Shown piece after piece: positions 25,971-35,900 of a stretch of DNA of 64,000 bases. The position numbers and the translations under genes are program-made. Positions within the stretch are counted from its first letter, which is position 1, and each line of letters starts with the position of its first letter. The notes beneath the pieces are model-generated. The model worked only from the letters and a program-made list of their open reading frames with translations, was not told where the DNA came from and made no database searches. Origin of the DNA: Abditibacteriaceae bacterium (GTDB lineage: Bacteria > Armatimonadota > Abditibacteriia > Abditibacteriales > Abditibacteriaceae); assembly GCA_031425655.1 (NCBI GenBank), contig JANPJS010000143.1, positions 1 to 64,000 on the forward strand, written 5' to 3'.

Positions 25971-27220
25971 ACGACGCGCTTTTCATAGCGCGCACCTTCC
26001 ACGGCAAAACCGGCGCAATGTTCGGCGTTCGGCACCCAATAAAGCTGTTTCGGAGGCCGCGCGGCGGCGAAATTCCAGCGCGCCTGAATGGGCGGAATCA
26101 GAGTGTCGGCAGTGCCGTGAATCAAAAGAAGCGGGCGCGGCGCGATGCGATGAATAAAGCGGCGCGGCGCGATTTCACGCAGATTCATGCCGATTTCCAA
26201 GCGCGTGTAAAACGAAATCATGGCCAGTAGCGGGCGCGCGATGCCGTTCGGCAAAAAGGCCATTTGTTCGCGCGCCAGCGGCTCAAATTCGGCGAAAGTG
26301 CTGTCCAAAACGAAGGCTTCCACGCCCGGCAAACCGTTCTCCTCGATGCCGTGTAGCGCGGCTGAGCCTCCCATCGAAAACGCATAAATCGCCATGCGAC
26401 GCACTTCCGGGCGCGTTTGCAAATAATGCGTCGCCGCTACGACATCGCGCGCTTCGTAGACGCCGAACGAGGTTGTATGCCCGTCGCTGTCGCCGTGTCC
26501 GCGCAAATCGAAGGCGAGCACATGAAAGCCTGCGCGATGCAAAAACGGCACGATGCCAAGCGTATCGCCGCGATTTGAGCCGACTCCATGCACCAAAAGC
26601 ACGGCTTTGTCGCTGCGCGGCGCCGGGATAAACCAACCTTGCAATTTCACGCCGTCGCGCGCCTGAAAAGTCACGTTCTCGAAATCGAGACGGCAAACGC
26701 GGCGCGGGTCGGTCGCATTCGCATATTTGAAGCGGTGAATGTTAAAGGTGGTGTAAAGATAAGGCGCGAAAATGAGCAGTGCCACGCCCATTCGCAGCAA
26801 ACGCAGCCACCAGCCGCGCGGCGCGAGCATAAGTGACGCACTGACCGGATGCCAATGAAGCGGCGCGGCGACCAATGTGCAAAGCGCGTTGTAAATCACA
26901 AACACGCCGAGCATGAAATAAAGGCTGCCTATCGCTTCCCAAAACGTAAAGCGAGCGCCAATTTGGTGCGCCTGCACGCTTCCCAGTAGATAAAACAGCG
27001 CGCCGATGCCAACTCCGATAGCCGAAGCCGTCGCGCGTTTATCAAGGCGACGGCCACCGAACCAGAAGTTCGCGGCCCACAAAAGCGGCAGCATCGCGTG
27101 AAAACGCTCGCTATAAGCGGGAAACGGAGCCAAAATCATCCAGAGCAGTGCGGCTATGGTCAGCAACGCCGCGCGCTGCCAGAGCGAGCTAATGTCATCC
27201 TGCGCTGCGTTTTGGGCCAT
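25838..27220 (-). CDS. Membrane-anchored alpha/beta hydrolase
   Basis: N-terminal TMs, then DGVKLQGW, HG, DLRGHGDS, FSMGG (nucleophile), HGTAD and EH. ATG 27220 has TAAAAT 7 nt upstream. Confidence 0.85.
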   Translation of the reverse strand: MAQNAAQDDISSLWQRAALLTIAALLWMILAPFPAYSERFHAMLPLLWAANFWFGGRRLDKRATASAIGVGIGALFYLLGSVQAHQIGARFTFWEAIGSLYFMLGVFVIYNALCTLVAAPLHWHPVSASLMLAPRGWWLRLLRMGVALLIFAPYLYTTFNIHRFKYANATDPRRVCRLDFENVTFQARDGVKLQGWFIPAPRSDKAVLLVHGVGSNRGDTLGIVPFLHRAGFHVLAFDLRGHGDSDGHTTSFGVYEARDVVAATHYLQTRPEVRRMAIYAFSMGGSAALHGIEENGLPGVEAFVLDSTFAEFEPLAREQMAFLPNGIARPLLAMISFYTRLEIGMNLREIAPRRFIHRIAPRPLLLIHGTADTLIPPIQARWNFAAARPPKQLYWVPNAEHCAGFAVEGARYEKRVVQFLTEDLRGAIISRAHGKMLKRTGVVPSTSPSTKTGSGGSLDR

Positions 27221-27333
27221 GAAAAGCATTTTACCCTGCGACTTGAATCGCCGGTTCCGCATCGAAAACTTTGTTCAATCGGAAAAATGGCCGCAATGAT
27301 TCGTATTCGGCGACATGGTTTATAATAGGGCGC

Positions 27334-27720
27334 ATGAACGACTTTTTCCCATCGCGGCGCTGGCCGTCATCGGGTGCGCGATTCTTGCAAAAATGCGCAT
27401 TGGTGCTGTTCATGGCCGTCGTTGTGCTGTTCGTGCCGCTCTACTTAGCTGCCGCCGGTCAGCGAGAGGTATTCGGCGTGCCGTTGTCTGGCTTCGTCGC
27501 GGTGCTGCTACTTGCAATTGTCGAAGCCGCGCTGCTGTTAGCGTTGTGGCGCGCTTTCGCTTTGCATCGCTGGGGCTGCGTGGTTCTTGGCCTCATCGCG
27601 TGGCTATGCGCCGGGTTGGCGATGCTGACCGTCGCGCTGATTCCCATCGGCGCCGTAACGGGAATCGCTTTTATGATGATTCTCGTCGAAGAATGGCCCA
27701 AACTCAAACCCGGTTTCTGA
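27334..27720 (+). CDS. Small 4-TM protein, array paralogue 1
   Basis: MNDFFPSRRWP...LWRAFALHRWGC...EEWPKLKPGF. Confidence 0.75.
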   Translation: MNDFFPSRRWPSSGARFLQKCALVLFMAVVVLFVPLYLAAAGQREVFGVPLSGFVAVLLLAIVEAALLLALWRAFALHRWGCVVLGLIAWLCAGLAMLTVALIPIGAVTGIAFMMILVEEWPKLKPGF

Positions 27721-27733
27721 TGCAGCCCACTCC

Positions 27734-28150
27734 ATGAAAGCCGATGATCTCTTTGTGCCGCGCCCGAAACTGTCGTGGCGGATGCGCGTGATTCAAGGCG
27801 GCGCGTTCTTGGCAGCACTCAGCATTTCGCTGTGCTTTTTCGCTTGGGATATGCTCGTTATTGGCAGACGACCTTCTGGCGGCGGGCCAGCCTTTTGGCA
27901 GCAGATAATTGCGGTCTTGCCGGATTTGCTAACGACGGCTGCCTTGCAAATCCTATTTCTCGTGCCATGTTGGCGCTGCTATTTACTGCGACGGTGGGCG
28001 TGTGGAGCCGTTACTTGCGTTGCCTTGCCGCTCAGCTCTTTTTCAAGTGCTTTAACTCATTCGCCGCTCGTTGCCGGTTTGCTCATCCCCATTGGAATTG
28101 TCGGTTACTGCATTGCCGAGGAATGGCCGCGCTTAAAATCCGGCTTTTGA
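27734..28150 (+). CDS. Small 4-TM protein, array paralogue 2
   Basis: MKADDLFVPRPKLSWRMR...PCWRCYLLRRWAC...EEWPRLKSGF. Confidence 0.8.
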   Translation: MKADDLFVPRPKLSWRMRVIQGGAFLAALSISLCFFAWDMLVIGRRPSGGGPAFWQQIIAVLPDLLTTAALQILFLVPCWRCYLLRRWACGAVTCVALPLSSFSSALTHSPLVAGLLIPIGIVGYCIAEEWPRLKSGF

Positions 28151-28172
28151 CGCCGTGTTAAAATGCGCTGCG

Positions 28173-28449
28173 ATGAAAGAGGACGATTTCTTGGCTCACC
28201 TGACGCAGCGGGGCGTGAGAAGCGTAAAGAGCGACTTTGTCGCTCGTGGAAACCCCCAACCCCCTTGGTAAGGGGGCTATACCCTTACACTTCTGCTTAA
28301 GAATTACGCCTCGATTCGGCAGAAGCCTGCTAATTTGGCCCCCTTACCAAGGGGGTTGGGGGTTTCCACGAGCGACAAAGTCGCTCTTTACGCGATCTAT
28401 CACAGTCTCACCACGTTAGGGAAAACCTAACCTCAAATCCGGCTTCTAA
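28173..28449 (+). pseudogene. Array paralogue 3, with its interior replaced by a palindromic element
   Basis: Keeps the ATGAAAGAGGACGATTTCTT start and the AACCTCAAATCCGGCTTCTAA end. The middle is non-coding. Confidence 0.8.
28222..28393. repeat. 56-bp perfect inverted repeat element
   Basis: Arms at 28222-28277 and 28338-28393 contain CCCCCTT..AAGGGGG hairpins. Confidence 0.85.
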
Positions 28450-28470
28450 CGCCGTGTTAAAATGCGCGCC

Positions 28471-28884
28471 ATGAAAGAGGACGATTTCTTCGCGCCGCGC
28501 CCAAAACTGTCGTGGCGAATGCGCCTGATTCGAGCCAGCGCATTATTGGCAGCGATAGCAATTTCTGTTGTCTTCTTGATTGTAGAATGGCTGGTAGTAA
28601 CTGGCCCCCAAACAATGGCATTGACGACAATTGGGCCAGCTTCCAATCCTGAAAAGCTGCTGTGGGTTGTGTTATTAACGCTTGCCCAAATTGTGTCACT
28701 CTTGCCGTGTTGGCGAGCATGGTTGTTACGGCAATGGGCGTGTTTTTTCGTTTTGATTGTGTGGCTCGGTATTTTCCTTCTTTGCCTTACAGGCTTAGCA
28801 GTTATGTTTTTGCTTCTGCCTTTAATTCTCTTTTACTCCTTCGTTGTCGCAGACGAATGGCATAACCTCGAATCCGGCTTCTAA
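28471..28884 (+). CDS. Small 4-TM protein, array paralogue 4
   Basis: MKEDDFFAPRPKLSWRMR...PCWRAWLLRQWAC...DEWHNLESGF. Confidence 0.8.
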   Translation: MKEDDFFAPRPKLSWRMRLIRASALLAAIAISVVFLIVEWLVVTGPQTMALTTIGPASNPEKLLWVVLLTLAQIVSLLPCWRAWLLRQWACFFVLIVWLGIFLLCLTGLAVMFLLLPLILFYSFVVADEWHNLESGF

Positions 28885-28905
28885 CGCCGTGTTAAAATGC
28901 GCGCC

Positions 28906-29307
28906 ATGAACGAGGACGATTTCTCCGCGCCACTCCCAGAACCATCATGGCAAATGCGGGTGATTCAAGTCATTGCATTGCTAACGGCAGTCAGTATCTC
29001 AGTTTGCTTTTTAGCTGTGATATTGATCGTTTTAATCGATGACGAGAAGCAATATACGGACTCCGATCAGAGTCTTGCTTTGTTGCTTTTCAAACTAACT
29101 TCCCTGTTAATCTTAATTCTCGTGCCATGTTGGCGTTGCTGGCTTTTACGCCGCTGGGCTTGCTTCTCTGTTATCGCGTTGCTGTTAGGCTTCGCAATTG
29201 TCACCGCAGATGTAGGCCTTGTAACCGGACTGCCTTGCCTCTTCGCTACGACTTTGATGATTGGCAGCATCATGTTTGATTGGCATAACCTCAAATCCGG
29301 CTTTTAA
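28906..29307 (+). CDS. Small 4-TM protein, array paralogue 5
   Basis: MNEDDFSAPLPEPSWQMR...PCWRCWLLRRWAC...DWHNLKSGF. Confidence 0.8.
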   Translation: MNEDDFSAPLPEPSWQMRVIQVIALLTAVSISVCFLAVILIVLIDDEKQYTDSDQSLALLLFKLTSLLILILVPCWRCWLLRRWACFSVIALLLGFAIVTADVGLVTGLPCLFATTLMIGSIMFDWHNLKSGF

Positions 29308-29310
29308 CTT

Positions 29311-30633
29311 ATGGAAAATTCATCTCCCGCGCCGATGCAGGAACTGGCGGCGCCGACGCACGCACCGACGGTGAAAACTTATCTCGGCATCAGTTTGTTC
29401 TGGTTTGCGATTTCGTTTTTCTGGGGCGCGATGCTTATCATCGTGATGCCGGCGCGCATCGAGGATATTGTCGGGCCGGCCAACAAAGACGGCGCGTGGG
29501 CCTTAGTTGCCAGCGTCGGCGCGCTCTTATCGGGCCTGACGCAAATCGTTTTCGGAGCGCTTTCCGATAACACCACGCATCGCATGGGACGGCGCCAACC
29601 GTATCTCATCGGCGGCGTGCTGGCGACGAGCGTGGTGCTGCTGTTTTTCCCCGGCGCGCAAACACTGGGCGCGCTTTTGGGCGTTTACATCGGCGTTCAG
29701 CTTTTTCTTAACATCGCCAACGGGCCGTATCAAGCCTTGATGCCGGACATGATTCCGCCAGCTTATCACGGGCGCGCTTCGGCTTACATGGGCGTGTGCC
29801 TGCTGCTGGGACGCATCGGCGGCGCGGCCATCGCCGGGGCCATGATGCAATCGGAGCAGGGCGTGCGGAATCTGACGTGGATATTCATCGTCATTCTCAA
29901 CGCGCTGATGATCGTCAATGTGCTGTGCCTCAAAGAAACGCCGATTACGCATAGCGTCGGCGTGCGCGAAGCGCTGAAAAGCATCCTGACTGTTCCGCTG
30001 CGCCCATATCCCAGTTTTGTGTGGCTGATGGTGAGCCGTTTCGGCATCAACTTGGGCCTGACGACGGTCACGTTTTGCCTGCTTTATTACGTCGGCGACA
30101 CGCTGGGACAAGGCGAACAAGCGGCCAAAGGCATCGTGTCGCGGTTTTTAGTGCTGGCGACGGTCGCCGCTTTGGTCGGAACGCTGCCGGCGGGCTACGC
30201 GAGCGACCGTTTTTCCAAAAAGACCGTGCTTTTTGTGTCGAATGGTGTCGGTATCGTGGCCGGGACTTTGTTTGCCTTCGCGCCCAACGTCGCGGTGGCG
30301 CAGATTGCGGTCATTATTTTTGGCGTCGGGTTCGGTATGTTCGCGGCGGTGGATTGGGCGCTCGCCTGTAATTTGCTGCCGCCGGGCGCGCCCGCGAAAT
30401 ATCTCGGCGTGTGGGGCTTTTCCGATAACATCGCGCAAATGATAGCGCCGATTATCGCCGGGCCGTTGGCTTATTCGCTCAATCAAAGCTCGCCGGGCGC
30501 CGGCTATCGCTTGCTGATGGGCCTCGCGGTGGTTTATTTCGCTTTGGGCACGGTAGCCATTGCTTTCATCAAGGAAAATCCGGTTGAACCGGTTCTCGAA
30601 ACCGCGATTGGGCCAACCACAAAGATATACTAA
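29311..30633 (+). CDS. MFS transporter (sugar/GPH-like)
   Basis: 12 TM segments; GALSD..T.RMGRRQPY, PYQALMPD and GYASDRFSKK. Confidence 0.9.
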   Translation: MENSSPAPMQELAAPTHAPTVKTYLGISLFWFAISFFWGAMLIIVMPARIEDIVGPANKDGAWALVASVGALLSGLTQIVFGALSDNTTHRMGRRQPYLIGGVLATSVVLLFFPGAQTLGALLGVYIGVQLFLNIANGPYQALMPDMIPPAYHGRASAYMGVCLLLGRIGGAAIAGAMMQSEQGVRNLTWIFIVILNALMIVNVLCLKETPITHSVGVREALKSILTVPLRPYPSFVWLMVSRFGINLGLTTVTFCLLYYVGDTLGQGEQAAKGIVSRFLVLATVAALVGTLPAGYASDRFSKKTVLFVSNGVGIVAGTLFAFAPNVAVAQIAVIIFGVGFGMFAAVDWALACNLLPPGAPAKYLGVWGFSDNIAQMIAPIIAGPLAYSLNQSSPGAGYRLLMGLAVVYFALGTVAIAFIKENPVEPVLETAIGPTTKIY

Positions 30634-30658
30634 TTTCAGCAAATCACAGGAGATTTTC

Positions 30659-31474
30659 ATGCAAAACAAGCTGGCCGTGCAAATGTATACCATCCGCGAT
30701 TTCACCAAAACGGCGAAGGATTTGGCGGAAAGTCTCGAAAAAATCGCCGCAATGGGCTATCCCGCCGTGCAATTGTCCGCCGTCGGCGCGATGGGCGGCG
30801 AAAGTCCCGAAGTTTCGCCCGAACAAGCGCGCAAAATGCTCGATGACAACAATTTGAAGTGCATCGCCACGCATCGCGGCTGGAACGATTTGGCGAACGA
30901 CACGCAAAAAGAAATTGATTTTCACCAAACGCTCGGCTGCGATTACACCGCGATTGGCGGCATTCCCGGCGAATACGGAAAAGATGGCGCCGACGGCTAT
31001 CGCCGCTTCGTGCAGGAATCGGCGCCGGTTCTGGAAAAACTGAAAGCCGGTGGGCTGCGCTGGGGTTATCACAACCACGCTTACGAGTTCGCGCGCACGT
31101 CGGAAATCGGCGCCAACCACGCCAAAGGCATCGCGCCCAAAACGCTTTACGACATTTTCATCGAAGAAGGCGGCCCGAATTTTCTGCTGGAAATGGACGT
31201 TTACTGGGTGGAGCATTGCGGCGCCAACCCGGAGCGCGTTATCGAACGCTGCAAAGGCCGCTTGCCCGTCATTCACATCAAAGACAAGGAAATGAACGGC
31301 AACGAGCCGGTCATGGCGCCGATTGGCGAAGGCAATCTCGATTGGGCGAACCTGATTCCCGCGCTCGAAGCGGCGGGCGTCGAATGGTATGCCGTCGAGC
31401 AGGATGTCTGTCGCCGCGACCCGTTCGATTGCCTGAAATCGAGCTTCGAGTTTTTGAAGGTGCAAGGTGGTTAG
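30659..31474 (+). CDS. Sugar phosphate isomerase/epimerase (TIM barrel, IolE-like)
   Basis: Motifs QMYTIR, YHNHAYEF, EMDVYW, HIKD, GEGNLDW and VEQD. Confidence 0.9.
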   Translation: MQNKLAVQMYTIRDFTKTAKDLAESLEKIAAMGYPAVQLSAVGAMGGESPEVSPEQARKMLDDNNLKCIATHRGWNDLANDTQKEIDFHQTLGCDYTAIGGIPGEYGKDGADGYRRFVQESAPVLEKLKAGGLRWGYHNHAYEFARTSEIGANHAKGIAPKTLYDIFIEEGGPNFLLEMDVYWVEHCGANPERVIERCKGRLPVIHIKDKEMNGNEPVMAPIGEGNLDWANLIPALEAAGVEWYAVEQDVCRRDPFDCLKSSFEFLKVQGG

Positions 31475-31542
31475 GTGGTCGGGTAGTTTGGTGGTTGGGT
31501 AGTTAGCGGCGCGACAAACCACCAAACCACCCAACCACCTAA
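31469..31542. repeat. GGTGGTT-rich inverted short tandem repeat
   Basis: GGTTAGGTGGTCGGGTAGTTTGGTGGTT...AACCACCAAACCACCCAACCACCTAA. Related copies at 45289-45365 and ~38993-39020. Confidence 0.7.
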
Positions 31543-31552
31543 GAGGAGTTTT

Positions 31553-32710
31553 ATGAAACGTATATTGGTTTTGAGCGCGTTGCTGTGCGGCAGCGGAATG
31601 GCGTTGGCGCAACCGGCTTTGAATCCCGGCATCGAAACGCGCTTGAATTTTGAAGACGGCAAAGTGGTTTTTCAGCCGTTTGGTGATACTTCACAGATTT
31701 CCATCACGCGCGATGCGGCCAATGTCAAAGAAGGACGCGCGGCGATGCGTTTCGATTATCAAATCGGCGCGGGACAGATCAACGCGGCGCTGGCCGTCGG
31801 TAATGCGGGCGCAATTACCAGCATCAAATCGTTTCGTTTTTGGATAAAAGCCGATTACGCCACCACGCTCGTTATGGTTTTGCAGGAGCAGGGCAGCGGG
31901 CGTTACATCGCGATGTTTCATGCGCCGAAAAATCAGTGGCAGCACGTCGAATTGGCACTAAGCGACTTCGTGCTTTCGCAGGAAGGCGACGATCCGGCAG
32001 ACCCCAACGGCAAGTTGGACATGGATTTAGTCGAAGCCGCTGCTTTAGCCGATTTTAGTCAGCTTTTCGCGCAATCCAAAAACGAGGAACTGAAAAAGCT
32101 GCTTGGCGTGAAAACGGGGCCGCACACCTTCTATTTAGACGATTTCTGGGCCAGTGATCGGATTTTGGCGCCCACGCCGGGCGTTGACGCCAAAGATACG
32201 ACGATTATTGACGCCTTTACCCAACCGCAACTCCCGTGGCTGGCTTTCGGTGCAGTGCAGCTTGGGCGTGTGACAGCCAAAGAACTCGAAGCCAAAGGCG
32301 CGCCGGCTTCGGTGCGCGAACGCGGCATGGTGGCGCAATATCGTCAGCGGGCCGGGCTGCCGATTGGACTCGTGCGGCGCATCGCGGTGGGAAGCCTGCG
32401 CGGCATGACGGCGCTCAAATTAACCGCCGCGACGGAAAAACCGCTGACTTTACTGGTGCAATTCGAGGAAAAGAGCGGCGGCAAATATCACACGACCGTT
32501 GACCTGCCCGGCGACGGCAAAGCGATGGATATTCGTTTGGCGACAGCTCTCTTTGAAAAGTCCGACGATTCCAACGATAACAATACGCGCCTTGATCTCG
32601 ATCAAGTCAAGCAGATCGTTATCATTGACCCGACGGGCCTGCTGGCGGCGGGCGAAGGCGATAATCAGCTCTGGCTGAGCGATTTACGCATCGAAAAAGC
32701 GGCGCCGTAA
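31553..32710 (+). CDS. Secreted protein with two CBM11/CIA30-like beta-sandwich domains
   Basis: Signal peptide and an internal duplication (LQEQGSGRY...DPNGKLDMD / FEEKSGGKY...DNNTRLDLD). Confidence 0.65.
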   Translation: MKRILVLSALLCGSGMALAQPALNPGIETRLNFEDGKVVFQPFGDTSQISITRDAANVKEGRAAMRFDYQIGAGQINAALAVGNAGAITSIKSFRFWIKADYATTLVMVLQEQGSGRYIAMFHAPKNQWQHVELALSDFVLSQEGDDPADPNGKLDMDLVEAAALADFSQLFAQSKNEELKKLLGVKTGPHTFYLDDFWASDRILAPTPGVDAKDTTIIDAFTQPQLPWLAFGAVQLGRVTAKELEAKGAPASVRERGMVAQYRQRAGLPIGLVRRIAVGSLRGMTALKLTAATEKPLTLLVQFEEKSGGKYHTTVDLPGDGKAMDIRLATALFEKSDDSNDNNTRLDLDQVKQIVIIDPTGLLAAGEGDNQLWLSDLRIEKAAP

Positions 32711-32714
32711 GTGC

Positions 32715-32824
32715 CACCCCGATTAAAATGGGGCGCTACCGTTACAAAGTCCGCCTTCTCGGACTCGAAATTAAGTCCGCGAAGGCGGACTTCGTAGCGG
32801 TAGACCCCGATTTTAATCGGGGTG
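32715..32824. repeat. REP/REPIN-like palindrome
   Basis: CACCCCGATTAAAAT...ATTTTAATCGGGGTG outer arms with inner AAGTCCGC..GCGGACTT hairpins, similar to the interior of 11629-11823. Confidence 0.7.
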
Positions 32825-32845
32825 CGATAAGCCATCGCCCTACGA

Positions 32846-32888
32846 ACAGCAACAGCCCATGCGAATTTCGCGTGGGCTGTTGCTGTTA
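32846..32888. terminator. Hairpin between convergent genes (probable terminator)
   Basis: AACAGCAACAGCCCATGCG-AATTT-CGCGTGGGCTGTTGCTGTT. Confidence 0.6.
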
Positions 32889-32902
32889 TGGCCGGGTTGT
32901 TA

Positions 32903-35900
32903 CTACTTCGACGGCGCTGAGTTTCCTATCGCCGATGCGCTGGCGGGCAGGCGGGTCGTGCCGGTGGTGAACGTCACTTCAGGCACGGTGCTGGTGTTGC
33001 CGGCACTATCGCGCGCCGAGGCGCGGAGCGTGTAAGTATTCGAGGGCAGGTCGGGCAGCCAGGCTTCCCAGTTGGTCGTGCCCATAGCGAGAATCTCGTT
33101 GGCGGCACCGGCGTTGGCCGTCCAGGTCGTCCCGCCGGCCCAGTAGCCAGCCGGAGTGGTGTCGGTGGCGAAACGGAAGAGGCGAATCGTGACACGAGCC
33201 ACATCCGATTCGTCGTCTTGCGTGGTTCCTTCGGCTCTGGCCGGAGGCACAACGTCGTAATCGGTGTTGATCGGCGCTGTGACCACAATTTGCGGCCCCG
33301 TCGAATCCGTGGTGAAGGTAACCGGCGTGTCGGAGGTGCGATTGCCGGCGTTGTCCGTCGCTGTTGCGCGGAAGGTGTAAGTGTTGGTGGGCAGCGCCGG
33401 CAGATTGAGAACCCAGTTGGTGGTGCCGGTGGCTACGATTTCGTTCGCGGCGCTCTCACCCGTTGTCCAGGAGTCGCCGCCGGCCCAGTAACCGGCGGGA
33501 ACGGCGCCGTTAGCAAAGCGGAAAAGACGCCCTGTGACTCTGGCCACGCCCGACGAGCTGTCGCTGGCCGTGCCCGACGCCACGCTCAGCGCGCTATAAA
33601 GGCGCGCCGTGGGCTGCGTTGTTTTCACCGTCGGCGGCACGGTGTCCACGCTTCCCAGAAAATTCTGGTTGGCGATGGCCGTCGAACTCACCGAAACAGC
33701 GCGTTCGCGCGGCGAGAAGGCATAGCCGCCGCCGGTCGCGCGCAAAATGTAATTGCCAGGCGTCACCGAATCGAAGGAGTAAAATCCTTGAGCATTGGTC
33801 GTGGCGCTCACCAGAATGCCGACGCCTTGAAGCTCGATACGCGCGCCGGCGATGGCCGCACTGCTGGAGTTAGTCGCGCGACCGGAGATGGTAACGCCTT
33901 GCGCGGCCTCGAAATCTACGCCGAACACGCTGGCGCCATTGACGGTGACCAACCGCGTCGTCGGCTGGAAGATAAAGCCGGAGCGCGACGGCGTGACGTT
34001 AAAGTTGCCGTTGGGCACGGCGTTAAGCGTGTATTCGCCGTTAAGGTTGGTCGTCGTGAAGATGCTGCTGCTGCGCGCGACCGTCACGTTGGCGATGGGC
34101 GCGCCCGAACTGGTCGTGATGCGCCCTTTGATAACGAAGCCCGATGTGGCTGAGAAGTTCACGTCGTTCACAGCCACCGTGCCCACGCTTACGGTGCGGG
34201 TTTGCGGCGTGAAGGCGAAGCCTTCCTGCGCGGGCGTAATCGTAAAGGTTCCCGACGCCAGACCGACGAATTGATACCCGCCATCCGCGTTGGTCACCTG
34301 TGCCAGAGAGCTTCCGCTCCGCTTGACGGCGATGCCGGCCAGCCCGTTGCCGGCGGAATCCGTAATTCTGCCGTTGATTGCAGCGCCGGCAACCGCCGCG
34401 AAATTCACGTTGATCACGTCGCCGTTTTCGAGATGCACCCTTTGGTTGAACGGCACAAAAGAATGGCCGGAAAGCGTAGGCGTCACCACGAAGTCGCCGT
34501 TGGGCGCTGCCGGAAGCGTGTAAACGCCGCTGGAATTGGTGACGGCAGTCGCGTTCGAGACGCCGCCTCCGCTGCGCGTTATCGTCACGCCTGCCAGAAG
34601 CGCGCTGCCCTTTTTAACCACGCCGCTGATGGTATAAGTCGGCAGCGTGCTGGAAATCACGGTGACGTTGGTATGCACGTCTTCAATGGCGCCGCGTGTG
34701 GTCGTCGCCACGGCGCGGAAATCGTAAATTCCGCCCGGAAGCGATTGGGTGTTGAAATCGAAAGTGTAAATTCCCGCAGCGCTGGGAGCCGTATCGCTGC
34801 CGATGGGCACCCACGGCGCGCTGAATGTCAGGCCATACGACAGCAGAGTTCCGACGTCGGGCGTGGCGGTGTCTTCGATTTTTAGCGTATATTGGCCGGA
34901 AATCGCTTTGCCCACCAACGTCGGCAGATCGAAGCTTTTGCGCAGGCGTGTGCCGCTGTTGGCCGGGTTGTTGAAAACCACAATGCTCTGGCCGTCGGGC
35001 GTGATCAACGAAATTTTCAAATCGCCAACGAAGTCATGCAAAATATCCACGTTCAGCGAGGCGGTTTGGGCCACGCCGCCGCCCGGTATGGTGATGGTAT
35101 CGGTTATCGTGGCCATATCGGGAATCGGGATGTTCAGCGGTGCGGCGGTGCTGCCTTTGGAGAAAGTTGAGGCAGCGCGGCGCTGTGAGAATTCCACGTC
35201 TTGAATCGTGACGAAATTGGTGCCTTTGGCGCGCAGCGTATAAAGACCGGTGATCGTCGAATCCGTCGGCGGCGATTGAAGCAGAATCGAGGGTTCCGGG
35301 ATGACAATCGAGTTGTGAATGTCTTCAAAAACCCTTCCGTCCACGGTCGTGACGGCGCGCACCAGATAATCGCCCGGCGGCGTTGCTGTGATGTCCCAGG
35401 TCGCCGTGAACTGGCTCAACGCGTTCGGCGTGGCATCCGTGCCGATATTGACCCACGGCGTGATGATCAAACTCCACGAAACCAGAGTTCCGTCCTGGCC
35501 GGAGCCGAAGAAATCGGGCGCGGTGTCCACGAGTTCGAGCTGATAAACCCCCGCGATTTTCGATGGCCCAATCGGCACCGATTCAAAGGTTGTGACCAGG
35601 CTGACGCCCGATCCGTTGTTGGCGGAAAGTAAAATGCGGCGCTTATCCGGCGTGATGAGGGTGATAACCAAGTCCTGCACGCGCGGATGCGAAATGTTCA
35701 CGCTCACCGAAATCGAAGCGATGTCTCCGCTCTGGCTGACGGCGAGGGAATCGGTTGCGATGCCCGGCTGCGTGTTGCCGAAGCCTGTGGCGTCGGGAAT
35801 GGGCAGGCTTGGCGAGCGATTGAAGCGCACCGGATCGCCGCTGCGCTCAAAATCCACACTGCTGGTCAGCGTGTTGTTGGCGGTCGTGGCGCTCAGGAGA

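Noticed and set aside
28130..28930. Regularly recurring ~55-bp direct repeats as a CRISPR array
   Set aside because: The spacing is 300-435 bp, the repeats are coding ends of paralogous genes, and there are no cas genes.
30644..31612. 322-aa minus-strand ORF (and similar long antisense ORFs at 7963-8829, 33218-34153, 36269-37171 and 43313-44125)
   Set aside because: These are shadows of well-supported opposite-strand genes in GC-rich DNA and carry no motifs.
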